Below are positions 13,674 through 28,490 of a DNA stretch of 64,000 nt, one piece after another. The notes under the pieces were generated by a model, which was not told where the DNA came from, did not search any database, and saw only the letters and a program-made list of their open reading frames with translations. Source of the stretch: Paragordius varius. Its lineage: Eukaryota; Animalia; Nematomorpha. The number at the start of each line of letters is the position of its first letter. The first letter of the stretch is position 1. The DNA lies in NCBI GenBank assembly GCA_964247055.1, contig OZ176054.1, positions 4,712,001-4,776,000 on the forward strand. Direction: 5' to 3'. The position numbers and the translations under genes were made by a program.

Positions 13674-16600
13674 TATTGTTGAAAAGTGATGGTCGATTGT
13701 TGGATATTCAAATATTAGCATGGGTTATATAAATTGATTGTTGAAAGTGATGGTTGATTGTTGGATATTCTAATATTAGCTTGGGTAATATGAATTGATT
13801 GTTGAAAAGTGATGGTTGATTGTTGGATATTCTAATATTAGCATGGGTAAAATAAATTTATTGTTGAAAGTGATGGTTGATTGTTGGATATTCTAATATT
13901 AGCATGGGTAATATAAATTTAGTGTGTAAAAGTGGTGGTTGATTGTTGGATATTCTAATATTAGCATGGGTAATATAAATTGATTGTTGAAAAGTGATGG
14001 TTGATTGTTGGATATTCTAATATTAGCATGGGTAATATAAATTGATTGTTGAAAGTGATGGTTGATTGTTGGATATTCTAATATTAGCATGGTTAAAATT
14101 AATTTACTGTTGAAAAGTGATGGTTGATTGGATGTTCTATTAGCATGGGTAATATAAATTGATTGTTGAAAAGTGATGGTCGATTGTTGGATATTCAAAT
14201 ATTAGCATGGGTTATATGAATTGATTGTTGAAAAGTGATGGTTGATTGTTGGATATTCTAATATTAGCATGGGTTATATAAATTGATTGTTGAAAAGTGA
14301 TGGTTGATTGTTGGATATCCCAATATTAGCATGGGTAATATAAATTGATTGTTGAAAGTGATGGTTTATTGTTGGATATTCTAATATTAGCATGGTTAAA
14401 ATAAATTTATTGTTTAAAGTGATGGTTGATTGTTGGATATTCTAATATTAGGAATGGTTAAAATAAATTTATTGTTGAAAGTGATGGTTGATTGTTGGAT
14501 ATTGTAATATTAGCATGGTTAAAATTAATTTACTGTTGAAAAGTGATGGTTGATTGGATGTTCTATTAGCATGGGTAATATAAATTGATTGTTGAAAAGT
14601 GATGGTCGATTGTTGGATATTCAAATATTAGCATGGGTTATATAAATTGATTGTTGAAAGTGATGGTTGATTGTTGGATATTCTAATATTAGCTTGGGTA
14701 ATATGAATTGATTGTTGAAAAGTGATGGTTGATTGTTGGATATTCTAATATTAGCATGGGTAATATAAATTGATTGTTGAAAGTGATGGTTGATTGTTGG
14801 ATATTCTAATATTAGCATGGGTAATATAAATTTAGTGTGTAAAAGTGATGGTTGATTGTTGGATATTCTAATATTAGCATGGGTAATATAAATTGATTGT
14901 TGAAAGTGATGGTTGATTTTTGGATATTCTAATATTAGCATGGTTAAAATTAATTTACTGTTGAAAGGTGATGGTTGATTGGATGTTCTATTAGCATGGG
15001 TAATATAAATTGATTGTTGAAAAGTGATGGTCGATTGTTGGATATTCAAATATTAGCATGGGTTATTTAAATTGATTGTTGAAAGTGATGGTTGATTGTT
15101 GGATATTCTAATATTAGCTTGGGTAATATGAATTGATTGTTGAAAAGTGATGGTTGATTGTTGGATATTCTAATATTAGCATGGGTAATATAAATTGATT
15201 GTTGAAAGTGATGGTTGATTGTTGGATATTCTAATATTAGCATGGGTAATATAAATTTAGTGTCTAAAAGTGATGGTTGATTGTTGGATATTCTAATATT
15301 AGCTTGGGTAATATAAATTGATTGTTGAAAGTGATGGTTGATTTTTGGATATTCTAATATTAGCATGGTTAAAATTAATTTACTGTTGAAAAGTGATGGT
15401 TGATTGGATGTTCTATTAGCATGGGTAATATAAATTGATTGTTGAAAAGTGATGGTCGATTGTTGGATATTCAAATATTAGCATGGGTTATATAAATTGA
15501 TTGTTGAAAGTGATGGTTGATTGTTGGATATTCAAATATTAGCTTGGGTTATATAAATTGATTGTTGAAAAGTGATGGTTGATTGTTGGATATTCTAATA
15601 TTAGCATGGGTAATATAAATTTAGTGTGTAAAAGTGATGGTTGATTGTTGGATATTCTAATATTAGCATGGGTAATATAAATTTATTGTTGAAAAGTGAT
15701 GGTTGATTGTTGGATTATCTAATATTAGCATGGGTAATATAAATTGATTGTTGAAAGTGATGGTTGATTGTTGGATATTCTAATATTAGCATGGTTAAAA
15801 TTAATTTACTGTTGAAAAGTGATGGTTGATTGGATGTTCTATTAGCATGGGTAATATAAATTGATTGTTGAAAAGTGATGGTCGATTGTTGGATATTCAA
15901 ATATTAGCATGGGTTATATAAATTGATTGTTGAAAGTGATGGTTGATTGTTGGATATTCTAATATTAGCTTGGGTAATATGAATTGATTGTTGAAAAGTG
16001 ATGGTTGATTGTTGGATATTCTAATATTAGCATGGGTAAAATAAATTTATTGTTGAAAGTGATGGTTGATTGTTGGATATTCTAATATTAGCATGGTTAA
16101 AATAAATTTATTGTTGAAAGTGATGGTTTATTGTTGGATATTCTAATATTAGCATGGGTTATATAAATTGATTGTTGAAAGTGATGGTTGATTGTTGGAT
16201 ATTCTAATATTAGCTTGGGTAATATGAATTGATTGTTGAAAAGTGATGGTTTATTGTTGGATATTCTAATATTAGCAGTGATGGTTGATTGTTGGATATT
16301 CTAATATTAGCATGGGTAAAATAAATTTATTGTTGAAAGTGATGGTTGATTGTTGGATATTCTAATATTAGCATGGGTAATATAAATTTAGTGTGTAAAA
16401 GTGATGGTTGATTGTTGGATATTCTAATATTAGCATGGGTAATATAAATTTATTGTTGAAAAGTGATGGTTGATTGTTGGATTATCTAATATTAGCATGG
16501 GTAATATAAATTGATTGTTGAAAGTGATGGTTGATTGTTGGATATTCTAATATTAGCATGGTTAAAATTAATTTACTGTTGAAAAGTGATGGTTGATTGG

Positions 16601-19600
16601 ATGTTCTATTAGCATGGGTAATATAAATTGATTGTTGAAAAGTGATGGTCGATTGTTGGATATTCAAATATTAGCATGGGTTATATAAATTGATTGTTGA
16701 AAGTGATGGTTGATTGTTGGATATTCTAATATTAGCTTGGGTAATATGAATTGATTGTTGAAAAGTGATGGTTGATTGTTGGATATTCTAATATTAGCAT
16801 GGGTAAAATAAATTTATTGTTGAAAGTGATGGTTGATTGTTGGATATTCTAATATTAGCATGGGTAATATAAATTTAGTGTGTAAAAGTGGTGGTTGATT
16901 GTTGGATATTCTAATATTAGCATGGGTAATATAAATTGATTGTTGAAAAGTGATGGTTGATTGTTGGATATTCTAATATTAGCATGGGTAATATAAATTG
17001 ATTGTTGAAAGTGATGGTTGATTGTTGGATATTCTAATATTAGCATGGTTAAAATTAATTTACTGTTGAAAAGTGATGGTTGATTGGATGTTCTATTAGC
17101 ATGGGTAATATAAATTGATTGTTGAAAAGTGATGGTCGATTGTTGGATATTCAAATATTAGCATGGGTTATATGAATTGATTGTTGAAAAGTGATGGTTG
17201 ATTGTTGGATATTCTAATATTAGCATGGGTTATATAAATTGATTGTTGAAAAGTGATGGTTGATTGTTGGATATCCCAATATTAGCATGGGTAATATAAA
17301 TTGATTGTTGAAAGTGATGGTTTATTGTTGGATATTCTAATATTAGCATGGTTAAAATAAATTTATTGTTTAAAGTGATGGTTGATTGTTGGATATTCTA
17401 ATATTAGCATGGTTAAAATAAATTTATTGTTGAAAGTGATGGTTGATTGTTGGATATTCTAATATTAGCATGGTTAAAATTAATTTACTGTTGAAAAGTG
17501 ATGGTTGATTGGATGTTCTATTAGCATGGGTAATATAAATTGATTGTTGAAAAGTGATGGTCGATTGTTGGATATTCAAATATTAGCATGGGTTATATAA
17601 ATTGATTGTTGAAAGTGATGGTTGATTGTTGGATATTCTAATATTAGCTTGGGTAATATGAATTGATTGTTGAAAAGTGATGGTTGATTGTTGGATATTC
17701 TAATATTAGCATGGGTAATATAAATTGATTGTTGAAAGTGATGGTTGATTGTTGGATATTCTAATATTAGCATGGGTAATATAAATTTAGTGTGTAAAAG
17801 TGATGGTTGATTGTTGGATATTCTAATATTAGCATGGGTAATATAAATTGATTGTTGAAAGTGATGGTTGATTTTTGGATATTCTAATATTAGCATGGTT
17901 AAAATTAATTTACTGTTGAAAGGTGATGGTTGATTGGATGTTCTATTAGCATGGGTAATATAAATTGATTGTTGAAAAGTGATGGTCGATTGTTGGATAT
18001 TCAAATATTAGCATGGGTTATTTAAATTGATTGTTGAAAGTGATGGTTGATTGTTGGATATTCTAATATTAGCTTGGGTAATATGAATTGATTGTTGAAA
18101 AGTGATGGTTGATTGTTGGATATTCTAATATTAGCATGGGTAATATAAATTGATTGTTGAAAGTGATGGTTGATTGTTGGATATTCTAATATTAGCATGG
18201 GTAATATAAATTTAGTGTCTAAAAGTGATGGTTGATTGTTGGATATTCTAATATTAGCTTGGGTAATATAAATTGATTGTTGAAAGTGATGGTTGATTTT
18301 TGGATATTCTAATATTAGCATGGTTAAAATTAATTTACTGTTGAAAAGTGATGGTTGATTGGATGTTCTATTAGCATGGGTAATATAAATTGATTGTTGA
18401 AAAGTGATGGTCGATTGTTGGATATTCAAATATTAGCATGGGTTATATAAATTGATTGTTGAAAAGTGATGGTTGATTGTTGGATATCCCAATATTAGCA
18501 TGGGTAATATAAATTGATTGTTGAAAAGTGATGGTTGATTGTTGGATATTCTAATATTAGCATGGGTAATATAAATTGATTGTTGAAAAGTGATGGTTGA
18601 TTGTTGGATATTCAAATATTAGCATGGGTTATATAAATTGATTGTTGAAAAGTGATGGTTGATTGTTGGATATCCCAATATTAGCATGGGTAATATATAT
18701 TGATTGTTGAAAAGTCATGGTTGATTGTTGGATATTCTAATATTAGCATTGGTAATATAAATTGATTGTTGAAAAGTGATGGTTGATTGTTGGATATTCT
18801 AATATTAGCATGAATAATATAAATTGATTGTTGAAAAGTCATGGTTGATTGTTGGATAATCTAATATTAGCATGGGTAATATAAATTGATTGTTGAAAAG
18901 TTATGGTTGATTGTTGGATAATCTAATATTAGCATGGTTAATATAAATTAATTGTTGAAAAGTGATGGTTGATTGTTGGATATTCAAATATTAGCATGGA
19001 TAATATAAATTGATTGTTGAAAAGTTATGGTTGATTGTTGGATATTCTAATATTAGCATGGGTAATATAAATTAATTGTTGAAAAATCATGGTTGATTGT
19101 TGGATATTCTAATATTAGCATGGGTAATATAAATTAATTGTTGAAAAGTGATGGTTGATTGTTGGATATTCTAATATTAGCATGGGTATGAAAGTGATGG
19201 TTGACTGTTGGATATTCTAATATTAGCATGGTTAAAATAAATTTATTGTTGAAAGTGATGGTTTATTGTTGGATATTCTAATATTAGCATGGGTTAAAAT
19301 TGATTGTTGAAAGTGATGGTTGATTGTTGGATATTCTAATATTAGCTTGGGTAATATGAATTGATTGTTGAAAAGTGATGGTTTATTGTTGGATATTCTA
19401 ATATTAGCAGTGATGGTTGATTGTTGGATATTCTAATATTAGCATGGGTAAAATAAATTTATTGTTGAAAGTGATGGTTGATTGTTGGATATTCTAATAT
19501 TAGCATGGTTAAAATTAATTTACTGTTGAAAAGTGATGGTTGATTGGATGTTCTATTAGCATGGGTAATATAAATTGATTGTTGAAAAGTGATGGTCGAT

Positions 19601-21766
19601 TGTTGGATATTCTAATATTAGCATGGTTAAAATTAATTTACTGTTGAAAAGTGATGGTTGATTGGATGTTCTATTAGCATGGGTAATATAAATTGATTGT
19701 TGAAAAGTGATGGTCGATTGTTGGATATTCAAATATTAGCATGGGTTATATAAATTGATTGTTGAAAGTGATGGTTGATTGTTGGATATTCTAATATTAG
19801 CTTGGGTAATATGAATTGATTGTTGAAAAGTGATGGTTGATTGTTGGATATTCTAATATTAGCATGGTTAAAATTAATTTACTGTTGAAAAGTGATGGTT
19901 GATTGGATGTTCTATTAGCATGGGTAATATAAATTGATTGTTGAAAAGTGATGGTCGATTGTTGGATATTCAAATATTAGCATGGGTTATATAAATTAAT
20001 TGTTGAAAAATCATGGTTGATTGTTGGATATTCTAATATTAGCATGGGTAATATAAATTAATTGTTGAAAAGTGATGGTTGATTGTTGGATATTCTAATA
20101 TTAGCATGGGTATGAAAGTGATGGTTGATTGTTGGATATTCTAATATTAGCATGGTTAAAATAAATTTATTGTTGAAAATGATGGTTTATTGTTGGATAT
20201 TCTAATATTAGCATGCGTATGAAAGTGATGGTTGATTGTTGGATATTCTAATATTAGCATGGTTAAAATAAATTTATTGTTGAAAGTGATGGTTTATTGT
20301 TGGATATTCTAATATTAGCATGGGTTATATAAATTGATTGTTGAAAGTGATGGTTGATTGTTGGATATTCTAATATTAGCATGGGTTATATAAATTTATT
20401 GTTGAAAAGTGATGGTTGATTGTTGGATATTCTAATATTAGCATGGGTAATATAAATTGATTGTTGAAAGTGATGGTTGATTGTTGGATATTCTAATATT
20501 AGCATGGGTAATATAAATTTAGTGTGTAAAAGTGATGGTTGATTGTTGGATATTCTAATATTAGCATGGGTAATATAAATTGATTGTTGAAAGTGATGGT
20601 TGATTGTTGGATATTCTAATATTAGCATGGTTAAAATTAATTTACTGTTGAAAAGTGATGGTTGATTGGATGTTCTATTAGCATGGGTAATATAAATTGA
20701 TTGTTGAAAAGTGATGGTCGATTGTTGGATATTCAAATATTAGCATGGGCTATATGAATTGATTGTTGAAAAGTGATGGTTGATTGTTGGATATTCTAAT
20801 ATTAGCATGGGTTATATAAATTGATTGTTGAAAAGTGATGGTTCATTGTTGGATATCCCAATATTAGCATGGGTAATATAAATTGATTGTTGAAAGTGAT
20901 GGTTTATTGTTGGATATTCTAATATTAGCATGGTTAAAATAAATTTATTGTTTAAAGTGATGGTTGATTGTTGGATATTCTAATATTAGCATGGGTAATA
21001 TAAATTGATTGTTGAAAGTGATGGTTGATTTTTGGATATTCTAATATTAGCATATTTACTGTTGAAAGGTGATGGTTGATTGGATGTTCTATTAGCATGG
21101 GTAATATAAATTGATTGTTGAAAAGTGATGGTCGATTGTTGGATATTCAAATATTAGCATGGGTTATTTAAATTGATTGTTGAAAGTGATGGTTGATTGT
21201 TGGATATTCTAATATTAGCTTGGGTAATATGAATTGATTGTTGAAAAGTGATGGTTGATTGTTAGATATTCTAATATTAGCATGGGTAATATAAATTGAT
21301 TGTTGAAAGTGATGGTTGATTGTTGGATATTCTAATATTAGCATGGGTAATATAAATTTAGAGTCTAAAAGTGATGGTTGATTGTTGGATATTCTAATAT
21401 TAGCTTGGGTAATATAAATTGATTGTTGAAAGTGATGGTTGATTTTTGGATATTCTAATATTAGCATGGTTAAAATTAATTTACTGTTGAAAAGTGATGG
21501 TTGATTGGATGTTCTATTAGCATGGGTAATATAAATTGATTGTTGAAAAGTGATGGTCGATTGTTGGATATTCAAATATTAGCATGGGTTATATAAATTG
21601 ATTGTTGAAAGTGATGGTTGATTGTTGGATATTCAAATATTAGCTTGGGTTATATAAATTGATTGTTGAAAAGTGATGGTTGATTGTTGGATATTCTAAT
21701 ATTAGCATGGGTAATATAAATTGATTGTTGAAAGTGATGGTTGATTGTTGGATATTCTAATATTAG

Positions 21767-24700
21767 CATGGGTAATATAAATTTAGTGTGTAAAAGTGAT
21801 GGTTGATTGTTGGATATTCTAATATTAGCATGGGTAATATAAATTGATTGTTGAAAGTGATGGTTGATTTTTGGATATTCTAATATTAGCATATTTACTG
21901 TTGAAAGGTGATGGTTGATTGGATGTTCTATTAGCATGGGTAATATAAATTGATTGTTGAAAAGTGATGGTCGATTGTTGGATATTCAAATATTAGCATG
22001 GGTTATTTAAATTGATTGTTGAAAGTGATGGTTGATTGTTGGATATTCTAATATTAGCTTGGGTAATATGAATTGATTGTTGAAAAGTGATGGTTGATTG
22101 TTGGATATTCTAATATTAGCATGGGTAATATAAATTGATTGTTGAAAGTGATGGTTGATTGTTGGATATTCTAATATTAGCATGGGTAATATAAATTTAG
22201 AGTCTAAAAGTGATGGTTGATTGTTGGATATTCTAATATTAGCTTGGGTAATATAAATTGATTGTTGAAAGTGATGGTTGATTTTTGGATATTCTAATAT
22301 TAGCATGGTTAAAATTAATTTACTGTTGAAAAGTGATGGTTGATTGGATGTTCTATTAGCATGGGTAATATAAATTGATTGTTGAAAAGTGATGGTCGAT
22401 TGTTGGATATTCAAATATTAGCATGGGTTATATAAATTGATTGTTGAAAGTGATGGTTGATTGTTGGATATTCAAATATTAGCTTGGGTTATATAAATTG
22501 ATTGTTGAAAAGTGATGGTTGATTGTTGGATATTCTAATATTAGCATGGGTAATATAAATTTAGTGTGTAAAAGTGATGGTTGATTGTTGGATATTCTAA
22601 TATTAGCATGGGTTATATAAATTGATTGTTGAAAAGTGATGGTTGATTGTTGGATATCCCAATATTAGCATGGGTAATATAAATTGATTGTTGAAAAGTG
22701 ATGGTTGATTGTTGGATATTCTAATATTAGCATGGGTAATATAAATTGATTGTTGAAAAGTGATGGTTGATTGTTGGATATTCAAATATTAGCATGGGTT
22801 ATATAAATTGATTGTTGAAAAGTGATGGTTGATTGTTGGATATCCCAATATTAGCATGGGTAATATATATTGATTGTTGAAAAGTCATGGTTGATTGTTG
22901 GATATTCTAATATTAGCATTAGTAATATAAATTGATTGTTGAAAAGTGATGGTTGATTGTTGGATATTCTAATATTAGCATGAATAATATAAATTGATTG
23001 TTGAAAAGTCATGGTTGATTGTTGGATAATCTAATATTAGCATGGGTAATATAAATTGATTGTTGAAAAGTTATGGTTGATTGTTGGATAATCTAATATT
23101 AGCATGGGTGATATAAATTAATTGTTGAAAAGTGATGGTTGATTGTTGGATATTCAAATATTAGCATGGGTAATATAAATTGATTGTTGAAAAATCATGG
23201 TTGATTGTTGGATATTCTAATATTAGCATGGGTAATATAAATTGATTGTTGAAAAGTCATAATTGATTGTTGGATATTCTTATATTAACATGGGTAATAT
23301 AAATTAATTGTTGAAAAGTGATGGTTGATTGTTGGATATTCTAATATTAGCATGGGTAATATAAATTGATTGTTGAAAAGTTATGGTTGATTGTTGGATA
23401 ATCTAATATTAGCATGGTTAATATAAATTAATTGTTGAAAAGTGATGGTTGATTGTTGGATATTCAAATATTAGCATGGATAATATAAATTGATTGTTGA
23501 AAAGTTATGGTTGATTGTTGGATATTCTAATATTAGCATGGGTAATATAAATTAATTGTTGAAAAATCATGGTTGATTGTTGGATATTCTAATATTAGCA
23601 TGGGTAATATAAATTAATTGTTGAAAAGTGATGGTTGATTGTTGGATATTCTAATATTAGCATGGGTATGAAAGTGATGGTTGATTGTTGGATATTCTAA
23701 TATTAGCATGGTTAAAATAAATTTATTGTTGAAAGTGATGGTTTATTGTTGGATATTCTAATATTAGCATGGGTTATATAAATTGATTGTTGAAAGTGAT
23801 GGTTGATTGTTGGATATTCTAATATTAGCTTGGGTAATATGAATTGATTGTTGAAAAGTGATGGTTTATTGTTGGATATTCTAATATTAGCAGTGATGGT
23901 TGATTGTTGGATATTCTAATATTAGCATGGGTAAAATAAATTTATTGTTGAAAGTGATGGTTGATTGTTGGATATTCTAATATTAACATGGGTAATATAA
24001 ATTTAGTGTGTAAAAGTGATGGTTGATTGTTGGATATTCTAATATTAGCATGGGTAATATAAATTGATTGTTGAAAGTGATGGTTGATTTTTGGATATTC
24101 TAATATTAGCATATTTACTGTTGAAAGGTGATGGTTGATTGGATGTTCTATTAGCATGGGTAATATAAATTGATTGTTGAAAAGTGATGGTCGATTGTTG
24201 GATATTCAAATATTAGCATGGGTTATTTAAATTGATTGTTGAAAGTGATGGTTGATTGTTGGATATTCTAATATTAGCTTGGGTAATATGAATTGATTGT
24301 TGAAAAGTGATGGTTGATTGTTGGATATTCTAATATTAGCATGGGTAATATAAATTGATTGTTGAAAGTGATGGTTGATTGTTGGATATTCTAATATTAG
24401 CATGGGTAATATAAATTTAGAGTCTAAAAGTGATGGTTGATTGTTGGATATTCTAATATTAGCTTGGGTAATATAAATTGATTGTTGAAAGTGATGGTTG
24501 ATTTTTGGATATTCTAATATTAGCATGGTTAAAATTAATTTACTGTTGAAAAGTGATGGTTGATTGGATGTTCTATTAGCATGGGTAATATAAATTGATT
24601 GTTGAAAAGTGATGGTCGATTGTTGGATATTCAAATATTAGCATGGGTTATATAAATTGATTGTTGAAAGTGATGGTTGATTGTTGGATATTCAAATATT

Positions 24701-27700
24701 AGCTTGGGTTATATAAATTGATTGTTGAAAAGTGATGGTTGATTGTTGGATATTCTAATATTAGCATGGGTAATATAAATTTAGTGTGTAAAAGTGATGG
24801 TTGATTGTTGGATATTCTAATATTAGCATGGGTTATATAAATTGGTTGTTGAAAAGTGATGGTTGATTGTTGGATATCCCAATATTAGCATGGGTAATAT
24901 AAATTGATTGTTGAAAAGTGATGGTTGATTGTTGGATATTCTAATATTAGCATGGGTAATATAAATTGATTGTTGAAAAGTGATGGTTGATTGTTGGATA
25001 TTCAAATATTAGCATGGGTTATATAAATTGATTGTTGAAAAGTGATGGTTGATTGTTGGATATCCCAATATTAGCATGGGTAATATATATTGATTGTTGA
25101 AAAGTCATGGTTGATTGTTGGATATTCTAATATTAGCATTGGTAATATAAATTGATTGTTGAAAAGTGATGGTTGATTGTTGGATATTCTAATATTAGCA
25201 TGAATAATATAAATTGATTGTTGAAAAGTCATGGTTGATTGTTGGATAATCTAATATTAGCATGGGTAATATAAATTGATTGTTGAAAAGTTATGGTTGA
25301 TTGTTGGATAATCTAATATTAGCATGGGTGATATAAATTAATTGTTGAAAAGTGATGGTTGATTGTTGGATATTCAAATATTAGCATGGGTAATATAAAT
25401 TGATTGTTGAAAAATCATGGTTGATTGTTGGATATTCTAATATTAGCATGGGTAATATAAATTGATTGTTGAAAAGTCATAATTGATTGTTGGATATTCT
25501 TATATTAACATGGGTAATATAAATTAATTGTTGAAAAGTGATGGTTGATTGTTGGATATTCTAATATTAGCATGGGTAATATAAATTGATTGTTGAAAAG
25601 TTATGGTTGATTGTTGGATAATCTAATATTAGCATGGTTAATATAAATTAATTGTTGAAAAGTGATGGTTGATTGTTGGATATTCAAATATTAGCATGGA
25701 TAATATAAATTGATTGTTGAAAAGTTATGGTTGATTGTTGGATATTCTAATATTAGCATGGGTAATATAAATTAATTGTTGAAAAATCATGGTTGATTGT
25801 TGGATATTCTAATATTAGCATGGGTAATATAAATTAATTGTTGAAAAGTGATGGTTGATTGTTGGATATTCTAATATTAGCATGGGTATGAAAGTGATGG
25901 TTGATTGTTGGATATTCTAATATTAGCATGGTTAAAATAAATTTATTGTTGAAAGTGATGGTTTATTGTTGGATATTCTAATATTAGCATGGGTTATATA
26001 AATTGATTGTTGAAAGTGATGGTTGATTGTTGGATATTCTAATATTAGCTTGGGTAATATGAATTGATTGTTGAAAAGTGATGGTTTATTGTTGGATATT
26101 CTAATATTAGCAGTGATGGTTGATTGTTGGATATTCTAATATTAGCATGGGTAAAATAAATTTATTGTTGAAAGTGATGGTTGATTGTTGGATATTCTAA
26201 TATTAACATGGGTAATATAAATTTAGTGTGTAAAAGTGATGGTTGATTGTTGGATATTCTAATATTAGCATGGGTAATATAAATTGATTGTTGAAAGTGA
26301 TGGTTGATTTTTGGATATTCTAATATTAGCATATTTACTGTTGAAAGGTGATGGTTGATTGGATGTTCTATTAGCATGGGTAATATAAATTGATTGTTGA
26401 AAAGTGATGGTCGATTGTTGGATATTCAAATATTAGCATGGGTTATTTAAATTGATTGTTGAAAGTGATGGTTGATTGTTGGATATTCTAATATTAGCTT
26501 GGGTAATATGAATTGATTGTTGAAAAGTGATGGTTGATTGTTGGATATTCTAATATTAGCATGGGTAATATAAATTGATTGTTGAAAGTGATGGTTGATT
26601 GTTGGATATTCTAATATTAGCATGGGTAATATAAATTTAGAGTCTAAAAGTGATGGTTGATTGTTGGATATTCTAATATTAGCTTGGGTAATATAAATTG
26701 ATTGTTGAAAGTGATGGTTGATTTTTGGATATTCTAATATTAGCATGGTTAAAATTAATTTACTGTTGAAAAGTGATGGTTGATTGGATGTTCTATTAGC
26801 ATGGGTAATATAAATTGATTGTTGAAAAGTGATGGTCGATTGTTGGATATTCAAATATTAGCATGGGTTATATAAATTGATTGTTGAAAGTGATGGTTGA
26901 TTGTTGGATATTCAAATATTAGCTTGGGTTATATAAATTGATTGTTGAAAAGTGATGGTTGATTGTTGGATATTCTAATATTAGCATGGGTAATATAAAT
27001 TTAGTGTGTAAAAGTGATGGTTGATTGTTGGATATTCTAATATTAGCATGGGTTATATAAATTGATTGTTGAAAAGTGATGGTTGATTGTTGGATATCCC
27101 AATATTAGCATGGGTAATATAAATTGATTGTTGAAAAGTGATGGTTGATTGTTGGATATTCTAATATTAGCATGGGTAATATAAATTGATTGTTGAAAAG
27201 TGATGGTTGATTGTTGGATATTCAAATATTAGCATGGGTTATATAAATTGATTGTTGAAAAGTGATGGTTGATTGTTGGATATCCCAATATTAGCATGGG
27301 TAATATATATTGATTGTTGAAAAGTCATGGTTGATTGTTGGATATTCTAATATTAGCATTGGTAATATAAATTGATTGTTGAAAAGTGATGGTTGATTGT
27401 TGGATATTCTAATATTAGCATGAATAATATAAATTGATTGTTGAAAAGTCATGGTTGATTGTTGGATAATCTAATATTAGCATGGGTAATATAAATTGAT
27501 TGTTGAAAAGTTATGGTTGATTGTTGGATAATCTAATATTAGCATGGGTGATATAAATTAATTGTTGAAAAGTGATGGTTGATTGTTGGATATTCAAATA
27601 TTAGCATGGGTAATATAAATTGATTGTTGAAAAATCATGGTTGATTGTTGGATATTCTAATATTAGCATGGGTAATATAAATTGATTGTTGAAAAGTCAT

Positions 27701-28490
27701 AATTGATTGTTGGATATTCTTATATTAACATGGGTAATATAAATTAATTGTTGAAAAGTGATGGTTGATTGTTGGATATTCTAATATTAGCATGGGTAAT
27801 ATAAATTGATTGTTGAAAAGTTATGGTTGATTGTTGGATAATCTAATATTAGCATGGTTAATATAAATTAATTGTTGAAAGGGATGGTTGATTGTTGGAT
27901 ATTCAAATATTAGCATGGATAATATAAATTGATTGTTGAAAAGTTATGGTTGATTGTTGGATATTCTAATATTAGCATGGGTAATATAAATTAATTGTTG
28001 AAAAATCATGGTTGATTGTTGGATATTCTAATATTAGCATGGGTAATATAAATTAATTGTTGAAAAGTGATGGTTGATTGTTGGATATTCTAATATTAGC
28101 ATGGGTATGAAAGTGATGGTTGATTGTTGGATATTCTAATATTAGCATGGTTAAAATAAATTTATTGTTGAAAGTGATGGTTTATTGTTGGATATTCTAA
28201 TATTAGCATGGGTTATATAAATTGATTGTTGAAAGTGATGGTTGATTGTTGGATATTCTAATATTAGCTTGGGTAATATGAATTGATTGTTGAAAAGTGA
28301 TGGTTTATTGTTGGATATTCTAATATTAGCAGTGATGGTTGATTGTTGGATATTCTAATATTAGCATGGGTAAAATAAATTTATTGTTGAAAGTGATGGT
28401 TGATTGTTGGATATTCTAATATTAACATGGGTAATATAAATTTAGTGTGTAAAAGTGATGGTTGATTGTTGGATATTCTAATATTAGCAT
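21767..28490. repeat. 2,220-bp higher-order repeat, about 3 tandem copies (about 1.5 copies also at 8568-11804)
   Basis: ORF offsets 22007/24227/26447 and 22603/24823/27043; the deletion marker GCATATTTACTG recurs at about 21889, 24109 and 26329; the offset drops to 2,219 after an indel near 27880. Confidence 0.9.

Larger units (their letters stand above)
1..25003. repeat. 13,199-bp tandem super-duplication (1-11804 matches 13200-25003)
   Basis: Every ORF-track entry from 700 to 11028 recurs at +13,199. Private variants recur at that offset: AGGAATGG 1251/14450, TATTGTAATA 1301/14500, GTTGACTG 6001/19200, AATTGGTTG 11641/24840. The match ends at 11805/25004. Confidence 0.93.
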
